Shown: positions 1 through 12,030, numbered from the whole stretch's first letter. The stretch: 62,526 nt of DNA, filler included, from Pirum gemmata (GCA_002812295.1; 18 parts of 18 records of this genome joined end to end with filler, not necessarily neighbours in it), one strand, 5' to 3'. The notes: generated by a model from the sequence alone, not told the origin. A program made the numbers and translations.

Positions 1-2654
1 TTATTATTATTATTATTATTATTAGACACTTGCTGTGTAGGTGTTTTGTATTTAGTAAAGGCAAAACTGGTACATTTTGTTTCCAGATCTAGCTGTAACC
101 CACCATTTTTAAATAACTGATCATCCAAACCATCAAATAAACCGTACGGAACCGATGATATGAAATTACGCCGAAGATCCAGAAAAGTTAACTGGTTCAT
201 ATTCCCAAATGAACCTTGCTCTATTGTGTAAATGGAATAATTAGATAAATCTAAATGTTGACAATGATCTAAATAATCAAACTTCAACCCTTGTTTTTTA
301 CTCAAATGACCATCGATAACTTGAAAGCCATAAATAGAACATTTAGTTTTGTTGTCTAGGAGCAATGTTTGGAAACTTAAATCCCAATGATCAAAAAACC
401 CAGGCCTTGGTAATCTAGTAATATCATTACCAAGTAAATTCAAATAAGTTAACGATTGATAATCGTCAAACACATTAAGCGACAGATTTTGGATATTCGT
501 CGAGTTCAAGCTCAAAGAGTCACAAGTTGCGGAAAAATTCTTATTTGGATTATTAATCAACACCGAGGAGTTGGTAATAGTAAAGGCTAAAGAGCAATCT
601 CTACATTGAGCTTGCTTAGGTAAAGTAGAGTTGGCCAAACTATCTCCAAACCAACCATCAATACAAGGACAACGGAACATTTTAGTAATTGGGTGCGTGG
701 TACTATCTTTTAAACATTCTAAACCGGATAAGCAAGTGTTGTCCGTACAGGAAAACACAGTAGCTGAGTTTTCAACACAAACTTTTGGGTCATCTCCAGG
801 GCGGAATGGGAGCGTCGTATCTAAATATGTAACATTTGGCGGCATGTTGCTAAATAATCGTTTAGGTAATTTGGATATTGGATTGCTCGTAAGGTCTACT
901 TGGTGAAGGTGAGGTAAATCTTCAAAAGAATTGGCCTCAACCCTAGAAATTTTGTTTCCGGGCATCCGTAAAGTCGTAACAGTGGTAAGGTCACTAAACA
1001 AATCCTTGTTGATAAATCCTAGTCCTGTATTTTCTACCTTAATGTCAGAGGCATTGGGCAAAATATTTTTCAATTTAAACCCATTTTCAAACTCCAAATT
1101 GTGAACATCATTAAATCCTACACGGATTTGAATGATACCACCTTGAACACTATTTGTTATATTTGTAAATTGTTTTTTTTGAAATAGCAAGTCATTTCTA
1201 CCTTTCCGTAAAAAGAAAAAGAATTGTGGATATATATTTGAATAATATCCGCCAAAGTTATAAGATGGTGTTTTACCATACTTGAAACTAAAACCAACAT
1301 TTTCAAAACTAGAAGGTTTAATAGAAACCAAACTCATCAATTGCAACTCCAGTTTAATCAAGTTTGGAAGATTCGAAAACTGTCTGGGTTCCAAATGATG
1401 ATTTGTACTAGTAGAACAATCTTCAATGACTAGCCTGGTCAGTGAAGGTAAATTCTGAAAATAAGGAAGCGGTGTTGATGTAATTTTAACATCCAGTAAG
1501 TCTACCCTTTTCAGCTTAGGGAAATCAATGAAATTAGAATTAAAGGAAATATTCTGATCCGTTTCACTTGAACTGGTAATCTCAATTTCTTGTAAACTGT
1601 TTTGTAAATGGTCAAACTTTAGGATAACGGGGTTAACGTGCCTCAATTTTAAATACTCAAAATGGAGCGGTGATAAACTGCGGAATGCATTGGAAGGAAT
1701 CTTCACACTATTCAACGACAGACTCGTGAGTCGATCGTGGAACATTAAATCGATAACATTATCGTGAAGTGTAACAAACTGAATAGGAGTATTAGAAATA
1801 TAAGGAACTGCTAAAGTTAGTCTACGGTTATTAAATATATTTTGAATGCCAAAAGAGCTAGAAGAGAAACTATGATTTCCTGGTACAGATATATATAACT
1901 CTGAATATTTGGAAAATTTACACTTGTTAAACATTTTCACCTTTTGTATATTATCCTTATTCAAATCAAACGATAAATGCACGGAATTGTTAAAAACGAC
2001 GTTTTCGAATATAAATTGATTATCCAACAACGAGGTACTAAAAAACGTTAAAAACACTTGTCCATTTTTAAATAAGTTATCCATGCCGTGAAAGAAGTCC
2101 TGTTGCGTCGCTAGCACTTTAGTGGGATAGTCCAATTGAAGCTTAGTAAACTTTTTACGGTTAGGAAAAAGCGAAGTTGTAAGATTGGTTATAACAACAT
2201 GATATTTAATAAACAATGATTTAAGATTATTACTTTTTAATCCAAAAAAATTATTAACTGGCACACTTATCTGTTTGAAAGGCGAAAACGTCTTACAACT
2301 GGGTTCACAATACAATTCAAAACTCTCCAACTGATTCAAATGGGCAAAGGCATCTGTGTTTAAATCGAAATGCTGTTGGTTAGCATCCACAATGATATGC
2401 AATTCTTTTAAATTGGTTAGATTTTGAAAAGATGATTTAGATATATATATTATAAATTTATCATGAGGAATAGTCAACTTGGTACAACCAACATCACTAG
2501 CATCAGGAATAAAACCAGTAAACCTTTTGTTTATATCAAGAATTATATTGTTTGCATTACATTCAGTAATATTGTTAATAAGTGAATTTACTTTTCGAGT
2601 TACTAAAGCTAACAACAAACTTAAATATAGCATTGACAATATTAATGAGTTCAT
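1..2654 (-). CDS. Large secreted/surface leucine-rich-repeat protein (~884 aa visible, 3' end runs off window)
   Basis: Manual translation from ATG at 2654, frame spot-checked at several points, with no stop before position 1 (hence absent from the ORF track). Hydrophobic signal peptide MNSLILSMLYLSLLLALV; extracellular-type LRRs (FQNLTNLKELHI, FEDLPHLHQVDLTSNPISKLP, FGNMNQLTFLDLRRNFISSVP); Cys-rich EGF-like stretch CTDNTCLSGLEC...CPCIDGWFG. Confidence 0.85.
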   Translation of the reverse strand, partial: MNSLILSMLYLSLLLALVTRKVNSLINNITECNANNIILDINKRFTGFIPDASDVGCTKLTIPHDKFIIYISKSSFQNLTNLKELHIIVDANQQHFDLNTDAFAHLNQLESFELYCEPSCKTFSPFKQISVPVNNFFGLKSNNLKSLFIKYHVVITNLTTSLFPNRKKFTKLQLDYPTKVLATQQDFFHGMDNLFKNGQVFLTFFSTSLLDNQFIFENVVFNNSVHLSFDLNKDNIQKVKMFNKCKFSKYSELYISVPGNHSFSSSSFGIQNIFNNRRLTLAVPYISNTPIQFVTLHDNVIDLMFHDRLTSLSLNSVKIPSNAFRSLSPLHFEYLKLRHVNPVILKFDHLQNSLQEIEITSSSETDQNISFNSNFIDFPKLKRVDLLDVKITSTPLPYFQNLPSLTRLVIEDCSTSTNHHLEPRQFSNLPNLIKLELQLMSLVSIKPSSFENVGFSFKYGKTPSYNFGGYYSNIYPQFFFFLRKGRNDLLFQKKQFTNITNSVQGGIIQIRVGFNDVHNLEFENGFKLKNILPNASDIKVENTGLGFINKDLFSDLTTVTTLRMPGNKISRVEANSFEDLPHLHQVDLTSNPISKLPKRLFSNMPPNVTYLDTTLPFRPGDDPKVCVENSATVFSCTDNTCLSGLECLKDSTTHPITKMFRCPCIDGWFGDSLANSTLPKQAQCRDCSLAFTITNSSVLINNPNKNFSATCDSLSLNSTNIQNLSLNVFDDYQSLTYLNLLGNDITRLPRPGFFDHWDLSFQTLLLDNKTKCSIYGFQVIDGHLSKKQGLKFDYLDHCQHLDLSNYSIYTIEQGSFGNMNQLTFLDLRRNFISSVPYGLFDGLDDQLFKNGGLQLDLETKCTSFAFTKYKTPTQQVSNNNNNNN

Positions 2655-2680
2655 AGTAATATTAATAATAATTTATTGTC

Positions 2681-2716
<36 letters not shown>

Positions 2717-2922
2717 CATGAAAAGTATATTTAAGAGGAATGACAATTTTTCTATTACCTATTGTTAGTGTTAGTATCTAAATTATGGGTATTAGCGTTT
2801 TTATTTTAGAAATCGTTCTTATTATTATCATTATTAGGGTCAAGTTTAGTGTTAAAGTTATCATTTACTATTATTATTATTATTAATGAATTATTATTAG
2901 TTAATATTATTGTTTGATATAA

Positions 2923-3035
2923 TTAGGGGTAGGATGTATAAATAATACCATCAAAAGATTGAAAAGGAGACATTTCTGGAGGTCTTGGATAAGGATTCAT
3001 TGATTCTGGTGAATAACCATAGTCTGATACTTCAT
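2923..3035 (-). CDS. Probable terminal exon of an upstream gene
   Basis: GC-richer island after a ...aacAG acceptor, reading EVSDYGYSPESMNPYPRPPEMSPFQSFDGIIYTSYP* on the minus strand. Confidence 0.4.
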
Positions 3036-3105
3036 CTGTTTTTAACATAATAACAATAAACATAAACGAAGCTTGAATAATAATAATAACAATAATAATA
3101 ATAAT

Positions 3106-3205
3106 NNNNNNNNNNNNNNNNNNNNNNNNNNNNNNNNNNNNNNNNNNNNTTAATTAATTAANNNNNNNNNNNNNNNNNNNNNNNNNNNNNNNNNNNNNNN
3201 NNNNN
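3106..3205. other. Artificial contig linker (first of 17; others start at 7799, 11029, 14205, 17434, 21593, 24827, 28038, 31238, 34467, 37638, 40866, 44060, 47230, 52055, 56335, 59337)
   Basis: Identical 100-bp blocks of 44 N + TTAATTAATTAA (stops in all six frames) + 44 N. Confidence 0.98.
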
Positions 3206-4080
3206 GATATAACAATAACAATAACAATAACAAAAACAAAAACAATAACAATAACAATAACAATAAAAATAACAATAACAATAACAACAATAACAACAAC
3301 AACAACAATGACAGTGGTAGTGACAGTGAAGGTAAAAAAAGTGGCACTGCCAAAAATGTCAACAACAACAACAACAACAATATATATAATAGTGCCAGTT
3401 TTCGCACAATTTTACATTTATTGTTCATAAAGTGTCTATATATATATCTGATATAATCATATTTATCAAAAAATGATACGATAACAAATTAACAGTGGTA
3501 AATAGAAACGATTTCACCAGTTTTTCAAAGTGAATTCAAGCAGTCTTAATTAAGAACCTGATTTTATTTTTATATAAAAAAAAGTATCATAGAATTTTAA
3601 TTAAATATTGAAGCAACTTTTAAGTTTTATTAATAACTTCAAGTGGCAAACAAAAAGTATGTATAGAAACTTATTAGAAAGTGCAAATGGGGAATCAAGA
3701 CAAATAAAATATAAATCCGCCCCATATGTAAGCCGTCCTATACAGTGCATTCTTTTTATTGTTATTATATGTTCCACCGAGAGAACAAAATGTCATTTTT
3801 CTTATTTTTTTAAAAAATGTTAGTATATATAACCGAGCATTACACATGCGCATTCACGTGTACGAGAAGGTAAGTGATACAGCAGTTAGTTTTAATGGCT
3901 TTTTGGCTGTAAATATAGTAATATTATTAGCAAGCCTAACGACTCTTTTGGTTATTCTTAAACTTTGGCATTACTGTATAGCTGTAATTGCCCACTTATA
4001 TTGAGATATTTAAGAGGTGTTTTAATAACCCCGGGAATTTAATATGCTTTTATCTAAGTTCTTCTATTGTTTTTTTACAA

Positions 4081-5895
4081 TTATTTTCTTTCGTTAAGTT
4101 TTTCTTCAATCGATTTCCATAAAACAGAAAACAACATCCCTTGCATACCATTCGCAAGTATTTTGGTTTTTAACCCTCTAAAGAACAAACCAGACAAGCC
4201 ATCTGCTTTAATAACCTGTTGTACAGCACCCATATACGTGATAGGTACACTGTTTGTTTGCTTTGTCGTTTTAACCACCCGTATACTGTTTGATATTGTG
4301 TCAGAAACAGCAGAAGAGCAAAACCCAATAAAAGCATTCCTACCCAACTTTTTAATAGTATCATTTGCATCAGGTTTTGGAATCAAAGCACTAAGTTGGT
4401 TATGTGTATAAAACCATGGCAAATGACCTACAAACGTAGCAGTACTTGCTGCCAAGGCACCATGATAGAAAACTGAGGGACCTTTTGCTCGGAACTTCTT
4501 ACCCAAAATAGCAAGACCTTCACGACCTTCTACTTGCATTATAGTTTTGCAAGTATCTATTGGAGTCAGATTTATTCTCCATAAAGCGGCAGCAGCTGAG
4601 GCAGAAGCTGTTTTAACAGCTATAGGTAAATCTTTTGTACTTCCATATGAATCAAGAAGAGCTAGCATACCAGCATTGGCTATTTTTTCAAAAAAATAAT
4701 AGATAAAAACCATTAAAAATAATGTTAAGTTTAAAATTAACATGCTGATTAAAATCTTAACAAGCAGGTACTAATATTAAATACCAAAAATAAATGTAAA
4801 AATAATACTTGTTTCTTTTTTTAATGATAAAAAGAGAGACACTTTTTTTTTGTAAAGATAGTGATTAAGTATGAAGGTGATGCTAACAAAAGCATAACAA
4901 TGACATATAAACGATTATTACAATGCCATGTATGACTAGGTGAAAAGATTGAAAAAAGTGATCAAAGATAGATAGCAATAATTGTTGACCGTAAATGATA
5001 GGTGATACGAAATAATAGAGCGATTTCAACACAACCAACCTGTACGGTCATAATTATGTCTATATTTATGGCTATGGTTATATCTACATTTATGGATATG
5101 GTTATGTCTACATTTATGGGTATGGTTATGCTTATAGCTATAGCTATGGTTATGACATTGTCTATATCTATAGCTATGGTTATAACTATACTTATAGCTA
5201 TGGTTATTATTGTAGCTATGATTAATACTTATGTTTATGATTAAAGTGATAATGAGGAATATGGTGGGTGCTATATATAGTTATGATTTAAAATTAAAAT
5301 AATGGAACGATTTTAACTCAATCAACCTACATGGTTATGGTCGTGTCTATATCTATGGTAATGGTTATGGTTGTGTCTATACTTATGGTAATGATTACGG
5401 CTATGGTTAATGTTTATAGTTATAACTATGGTTATGACGAGGAATATCAAGGGCACTATAGTTATGATTATAGATAATTATGCTCATCGTCATGGTAATA
5501 GTTATGGTCATTGACCAAAAATCAATAGTAGCAGTGTGAACCAATTGTAAATAATAATTATAATTGTTTTAAAATAATAAACGATAACTGATCATAATAA
5601 ACACAATTGTGACATTACCTGCAGTGTCACCAAAACGACTAAGGGGGCCCATTACCAAAGCAGGAGGAAGACCTTGATAAAACCTGAAAATTCCACCTTG
5701 ACTGTATAAATGTTTTATTGCACCAGAAGTTGAAGACCCGCCATTTTTATATTGATAATTCAAAGTTGTGCGCATTGGCATCAAGGTACAAACTTGAATA
5801 ACCATGGCCAAAGCTCCGGGAAGACCCCCGGCTAAAGCTCTATTGCCTGCTTTAGATAGAATTTCTTTAGTGGACGGAGGTTCGGTTGCAGACAT
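4081..5895 (-). CDS. Mitochondrial carrier family (SLC25) protein, 2 exons (5619-5895, 4081-4679)
   Basis: Px[D/E]xx[K/R]-type signatures (PMRTTLN, PIDTCKT, SIRVVKT). A GT..AG intron at 4680-5618 joins the exons in frame as SRFGDTA|ANAG. Confidence 0.92.
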
Positions 5896-6279
5896 GATGA
5901 TTCTTGGTGTTATTTATCTTGCTTTTTTAAAAATTAATATTTTTATTTTTAATATAAATAGGGAAGGGAGGAGCTCAAAGTAAAATAAATTAATTTAATG
6001 TTTTTTATTATTATTATTATTAATTAAAAAAGAAAGAATAGAAAAAATTGATTAAAACAAAACATACACACACACACGTAATAAGAAGTGTTTAAGGGAA
6101 ACTGCGATAAATAAATAAATAAAAAGGCAAAAAAAAATACAAGTAAAGCAAATCAAATAATAAATCAAATATATTAAATAAATCAAATAAATCAACAACA
6201 ACAACAAAAGATAATAACTTAGAAAAAAACAACTATTTTTTTATAAATATTAAAAAATTTAATTATCTCCTTCACAAAC

Positions 6280-7040
<761 letters not shown>

Positions 7041-7898
7041 ACCCTAAAACCAGGGGAAAAAATAAGTTCAAACAACGAAAAGAAAAGAAAAGGGGAATTT
7101 ATTAGCACTATACTTAAAACAACAAACTGTAAACCGATAGAAACGAAAACAAAACAGTACTATCATTTAAAAAACCCAAATATATTTATTATAAGATAAG
7201 AGATACAATGTGATAACAAAAATAATGAACAAGAAATAAAACTGAAAATCATAAAAACTGAATAAAATTAAAATATATATACACTGATTTCCAAAAATTT
7301 CGTTTTTCCCTTTTTTTTTAATGTAATTCACGTTTTGGTTTGAAAAAAAAAATTTCTTTTTTTACCACTATTTATACGTTTTTGACTCGTTTTTGCCTGT
7401 CGTGGCCCACCGGCCCGATCAAAACAGAAAGGGAAGGCGGTGCACCCCTCCGAACACTTTTGTACTATATGATATATCATAGTCTATTATAAAAATGATC
7501 AGAAATCGGCTCGCTACTGTAGAAGTTCGTTTTTAATTTATTTTTTTATTAATTAATTTGGAAAAATTAATAATCTAGCTAGCTAGCTAGCTAGCTAGTA
7601 GCAAAGACCATATCTACATAACGTCTGGCGTATTGGTGGGTGTATTTAGTATGGAGATTTCTGCATGTAATTTGTTGATTTTTCGTGAAATTATCACAAC
7701 CATTAAAATAGCATTGCACATGCTAAATACACCAAAGTAGAAGTTTTTTTTTTTTTTCACTCTAGGTTCGATTAGTGTTCGATTTCCCCTTCTGGACGNN
7801 NNNNNNNNNNNNNNNNNNNNNNNNNNNNNNNNNNNNNNNNNNTTAATTAATTAANNNNNNNNNNNNNNNNNNNNNNNNNNNNNNNNNNNNNNNNNNNN

Positions 7899-8080
7899 GA
7901 ACTTTTTTTTATTATTATCACTAAATCAAGTCCGGAACTTTTTTTTTATTATGTTATTATTATACTAAATCAAGTCTGGAACTTTTTTTTTATTATGTTA
8001 TTATTATACTAAATCAAGTCCGGAACTTTTTTTTTTATTATGTTATTATTATACTAAATCAAGTCCGGGATTTTTTTTAT
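7899..8080. repeat. Tandem ~44-bp repeat (GAACT9ATTATGTTATTATTATACTAAATCAAGTCCG), ~4 copies
   Basis: Units start at 7899, 7935, 7979 and 8023; no spacers between them. Confidence 0.9.
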
Positions 8081-9026
8081 TAATAATGTACCTAGTTATA
8101 CAGCAACTGTTCTTCCGGGTTGGTATGTTATTGATAAAGAAAATGAATTAATAATCCAATTAAATACTTTCAATGTATACCGTAAACTACCAACACCACT
8201 TACAACACCTAAAGCACCAACTACTATTTCACTATTTTCATACACTAATTATAATTTTGCTACTTTTGGTGGTCTAAATGATAGACAAACAGACAATTTG
8301 ACACACTTTAATGATTGTCAATATCGATTATTCAAATTTTTTGATAAAAAAGATATAGGAACTAATCTAGTCACAACAAATGTTGGTAATTTTGATTCAA
8401 TATCAGAACTGGATTTGATAAACGATAGTAATAGTGTAATAAATTATACTTCAAATCTTGCAAATGCTAACTTTGCATATTTTGCATTAACTGATTGGTC
8501 GTCAAATAAAGCTATTTTAGTTGGACATATTAATAATGATAAAGTTTTAGGATATATAGATGATGTCACGCTACAGTTAACACTCTATGACTTCAAGTCA
8601 AATATTAAATATAATTTTAGTAACAAAAAATTCTTGCAAATTGCCATAGATGGTACTCAAAATACAAAAACGTCTATTACTACAAACAGGTTAATTAAAA
8701 ATACACTAACAACATATATGAATTTGAATAGTAATAATGTTAATATAATTTCGCCATTTAGTGGGTATTTAGTAGTTTATATAGACTTTGTTTTAGGATC
8801 ACATACAAATTGTGATATATTAGTAGAATTTTTTAACACTGTAACAAATGCAACGATAGTAAGTGGTACTGCATCGAACCCTGTTAAACGCGGAAAATCT
8901 CTTAAATTTCAACTAACTTCTTTACCCGTGGGAACATATAATATTAAACTTACTATTAATGATCCAAACAATCCTGCTGTGTATAATGTTTTACCTGAAC
9001 GTGCAAATTTTTACTTTTACCAATAA
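8058..9026 (+). CDS. 5'-truncated intronless beta-rich protein of unknown function, virus-like
   Basis: The reading frame is open from 8058 (in-frame TAA at 8055 inside the tandem repeat) with no ATG near the 5' end. The protein is N/T/I-rich and its stop is 3 nt from the next ATG. Confidence 0.6.
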   Translation: MKSGIFFINNVPSYTATVLPGWYVIDKENELIIQLNTFNVYRKLPTPLTTPKAPTTISLFSYTNYNFATFGGLNDRQTDNLTHFNDCQYRLFKFFDKKDIGTNLVTTNVGNFDSISELDLINDSNSVINYTSNLANANFAYFALTDWSSNKAILVGHINNDKVLGYIDDVTLQLTLYDFKSNIKYNFSNKKFLQIAIDGTQNTKTSITTNRLIKNTLTTYMNLNSNNVNIISPFSGYLVVYIDFVLGSHTNCDILVEFFNTVTNATIVSGTASNPVKRGKSLKFQLTSLPVGTYNIKLTINDPNNPAVYNVLPERANFYFYQ

Positions 9027-9029
9027 TAA

Positions 9030-9482
9030 ATGAAGATAAAGATTAACGTGTTACACATAATAATAAGTATAATATATTTAGTATTATTAGCAATTCCACT
9101 ACCACTTAAATGTGATTATACAAAAACTGGTATTGCCAAGGGTCAACCCCCTGGATATATGTTTGGTATTATATGGTCGTTTTTGTACGTTTTTATGGCA
9201 CTCTCGTTTTACTTAGGTCTTAGTCATGTCACTAACTTTAACACAATATCAATAATGTTTATAGCAACAACAGTGTTAGGATTTATATTAAACAAGGCAT
9301 GGTCAATTTTATGGTGCCAACAAAGAAAACTAGCAGCATTTCACTTGTTTATCGGTTACATGATAATCATTTTACTACAAGTTCTTACATCATACAGTGT
9401 GTATCCTCTTAGTGGTATTTTGGTAAGTCCGCTATTAATAAGGGCAATTGTAGCTCTAGGTTTTAATAGAGAAATTTTATAA
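9030..9482 (+). CDS. TspO/MBR-family membrane protein
   Basis: QPPGYMFGIIWSFLYVFMALS matches the TspO PPxWxFxxxWxxLYxxM motif; ~5 TM helices in 150 aa. Confidence 0.8.
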   Translation: MKIKINVLHIIISIIYLVLLAIPLPLKCDYTKTGIAKGQPPGYMFGIIWSFLYVFMALSFYLGLSHVTNFNTISIMFIATTVLGFILNKAWSILWCQQRKLAAFHLFIGYMIIILLQVLTSYSVYPLSGILVSPLLIRAIVALGFNREIL

Positions 9483-9483
9483 A

Positions 9484-10146
9484 TTATTTTTTTTTGGTAC
9501 TACCTTTTAATAAATACTTTAATAGAAGTAAAGTCACGTTAGCAATAACAAATATTAGTACTATAATTTGTACTAATTTTGGCCAACCAACAACATCAGG
9601 ATCAAGAAAAGGATATGTTTTAAATTTTATTTGTTTTAAAAATAAAAAAGTGAACAAAAGATAAAATATGCCATAACCATTAGCAAGATAAAAACTGGTT
9701 TTGGTAACTTCTGCACCGCTAAAAAGCCAAACAAATATTGTCATGAGAGGAGTAATTAAATGTACGCCATAATTAATTATATTTTGAAAAAGTGGTCGTT
9801 TACGTTTTAAATCGTTGTATAAAAGCAAAAAATATCCTAACATGGTAACTGAAATTAAAGTAGCTATTGCTGCTCCTGATTCGTAAATTAACGAATTATT
9901 TTCTTGAAAAAACAAATATATTATTGCTAGTGCATTTGTTTGGGTTGTAAAGAAAAAATTTAGACTAATTATTTTTTCAAGTGCATTAGTTTTTGTTTTA
10001 ACTTTTCTTATTCCCGTATTTGTTTTACTAGTACCGGAACCTGTTTGTATCATGTTATACGATTCCGGAGATACCAAAATAGTAATATAAGTTAAGAGTA
10101 CAAATGTAAAAGCAATATAGCCTGCTGTTTTAGAAACACTAACCAT
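9484..10146 (-). CDS. FAR-17a/AIG1-like (Pr6Pr-type) membrane protein, putative Thr/His hydrolase
   Basis: Motifs FFTTQTN, HLITP and YPFLD in a ~6-TM protein. Confidence 0.75.
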   Translation of the reverse strand: MVSVSKTAGYIAFTFVLLTYITILVSPESYNMIQTGSGTSKTNTGIRKVKTKTNALEKIISLNFFFTTQTNALAIIYLFFQENNSLIYESGAAIATLISVTMLGYFLLLYNDLKRKRPLFQNIINYGVHLITPLMTIFVWLFSGAEVTKTSFYLANGYGIFYLLFTFLFLKQIKFKTYPFLDPDVVGWPKLVQIIVLIFVIANVTLLLLKYLLKGSTKKK

Positions 10147-10180
10147 TTATTTATTTTATTATCATTTTTATAATAAATAA

Positions 10181-10498
10181 ATGACAGTTAAATATATGAC
10201 AACATCCGGATTAAATTCTCCCATTAAGTTAACAAGTTTTGTAAACTCTGGAAAACAGCGAAAAACTAAAAATCTTTCTTTTTCATCATCTCTTGATAAT
10301 ATTGATTCTGATAATAGAAATAATTACTTGTACCGTCCCATATTCCAAGTTATAATTACTGGAGATATTGTCAATGAACGTGACATGTTAGTTTTGGGAT
10401 TTGGTTTCGGTCTAACAAAACGAGACGCCGAACAAATCGCTGCTCAACAGGCAATTGAAACTCTAAAATTACATTACGGGTTATTTTCGCCATTCTAA
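10181..10498 (+). CDS. Small protein ending in a dsRNA-binding motif
   Basis: C-terminus GFGFGLTKRDAEQIAAQQAIETL fits the dsRBM consensus GxGxSKKxAEQxAAxxAL; no RNase III catalytic motif is visible. Confidence 0.65.
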   Translation: MTVKYMTTSGLNSPIKLTSFVNSGKQRKTKNLSFSSSLDNIDSDNRNNYLYRPIFQVIITGDIVNERDMLVLGFGFGLTKRDAEQIAAQQAIETLKLHYGLFSPF

Positions 10499-10553
10499 TA
10501 AAAAAATTCCGAAAAAATGGCGAATTTTTACCATATTTCGACATTTTGGATTT

Positions 10554-10608
10554 TCCAAATGGCGAATTCCTTATTTGGAATTTATACCCAAATAATTCGC
10601 CATTTGGA
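10554..10608. terminator. Hairpin downstream of the dsRBM gene
   Basis: Perfect 15-bp inverted repeat TCCAAATGGCGAATT / AATTCGCCATTTGGA with inner TTATTTGG/CCAAATAA complementarity. Terminator function is inferred. Confidence 0.4.
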
Positions 10609-11317
10609 TATATTTGGGTATTTTTATTATTATTTTAACCTTTTTCTTATATTTCGGGTAGAATACCAGTATTTTATAGTTTTTATAATTTATATTCTAT
10701 CCATTTTATTTCTTTAAATACAAATTGTTCTTTAAATAGAAAAAATAAACAAACAATTTCTATTGGTTAAATAAAATTTTCTTTAAATATAAAATATATA
10801 ATACACAAATTTAATTGGTTAAAATAAAAAAAATAAAATTTCTTTAAATACAAAATATTAATGCATAATTTCAAATGATTATGATTGGTTATAATTTTTT
10901 AATTAAAAAATATTGTGCTTTTCATTTATTTTGTCACTCTGAGTATTTATTTTGTTAGTTATGATATTCAAGTTGGCATTTTTAAATTAATAAAATTTAA
11001 TAAATAAATAATTAAAAATACACCAAATNNNNNNNNNNNNNNNNNNNNNNNNNNNNNNNNNNNNNNNNNNNNTTAATTAATTAANNNNNNNNNNNNNNNN
11101 NNNNNNNNNNNNNNNNNNNNNNNNNNNNTATCAATTTAAATATTATAAACAACCAAATAAATAAAAGGGTGAGAGAAAAGGGGGAGTGAAAAGTTATTAA
11201 AAAAGTATCCGATATTAATACTACTACTACTATTACTATAATATATAGCACTACCACTACTACTATTACTACTACTACTACTATTACTATAGTACTGCTA
11301 CTAGTACTACTAGCTAG

Positions 11318-11370
<53 letters not shown>

Positions 11371-11563
11371 TTACTACTGCTATTGCTACTACTACTTACT
11401 ACTTATCACTACTACTACTACTACTTACTACCTACAAAGAGCTCGTAACTAATTAGTAATACTGCTAGAGTAAGTATACATATATAGTACATGGTATTTT
11501 TACTTTATATATTTTATACATGATATAGCTCATATATATAAAAACTTTCCTGGGTTCTTGAAA

Positions 11564-12030
11564 TGAAGCATTGGGCGACGGCCCGGGCCGGCCACATTTT
11601 GCGCAAAAAAAACCCCAAAACATTAATTTTTTTTTGAGGATGTCGAACCCACTTTTTTGTATCGAACATATGTAAAATTAAGAAATTCGAGCTTTCGAGT
11701 TTTTTTTCTTTTTTTTTGGATTTTTTCCTAATTTAGNTTTTTTTTCCTAATTTAGATTAAAAAAACTGATATCCCTTGCTTCTTTTTGCTCTCACACACG
11801 CTACAGGTAGTATGTATCATTTTTTTTTTTTATGATATGATCATATCATAAATTAAAAAAAAGTGATTTTATCTGAAAGTAGAGATAAAGAACTAGATAA
11901 AGAGCTTTCTTCTCGACATTTTTTGAGCTCCGTAGCGTTTATTATGGTTGGCGAGCGAGAAATCGCCGCCGCGACAAATATATGGGTAACCGGGCCGAAG
12001 TATCGGCCCAGGCCGTCGCCCAATGCTTCA
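11564..12030. mobile_element. Non-autonomous TIR element (MITE)
   Basis: 27-bp terminal inverted repeats TGAAGCATTGGGCGACGGCC(C/T)GGGCCG with 26/27 identity; no coding capacity; no clear TSD. Confidence 0.8.

Noticed and set aside
3150..3161. Recurring TTAATTAATTAA palindrome at regular intervals
   Set aside because: Always centred in 44+44 N; an artificial six-frame-stop linker, not biology.
4680..4743. N-terminus MLILNLTLFL... of ORF 4081-4743
   Set aside because: Intronic; the real upstream sequence is exon 5619-5895.
7899..8080. Possible CRISPR array
   Set aside because: Head-to-tail repeats with no unique spacers and no cas genes.
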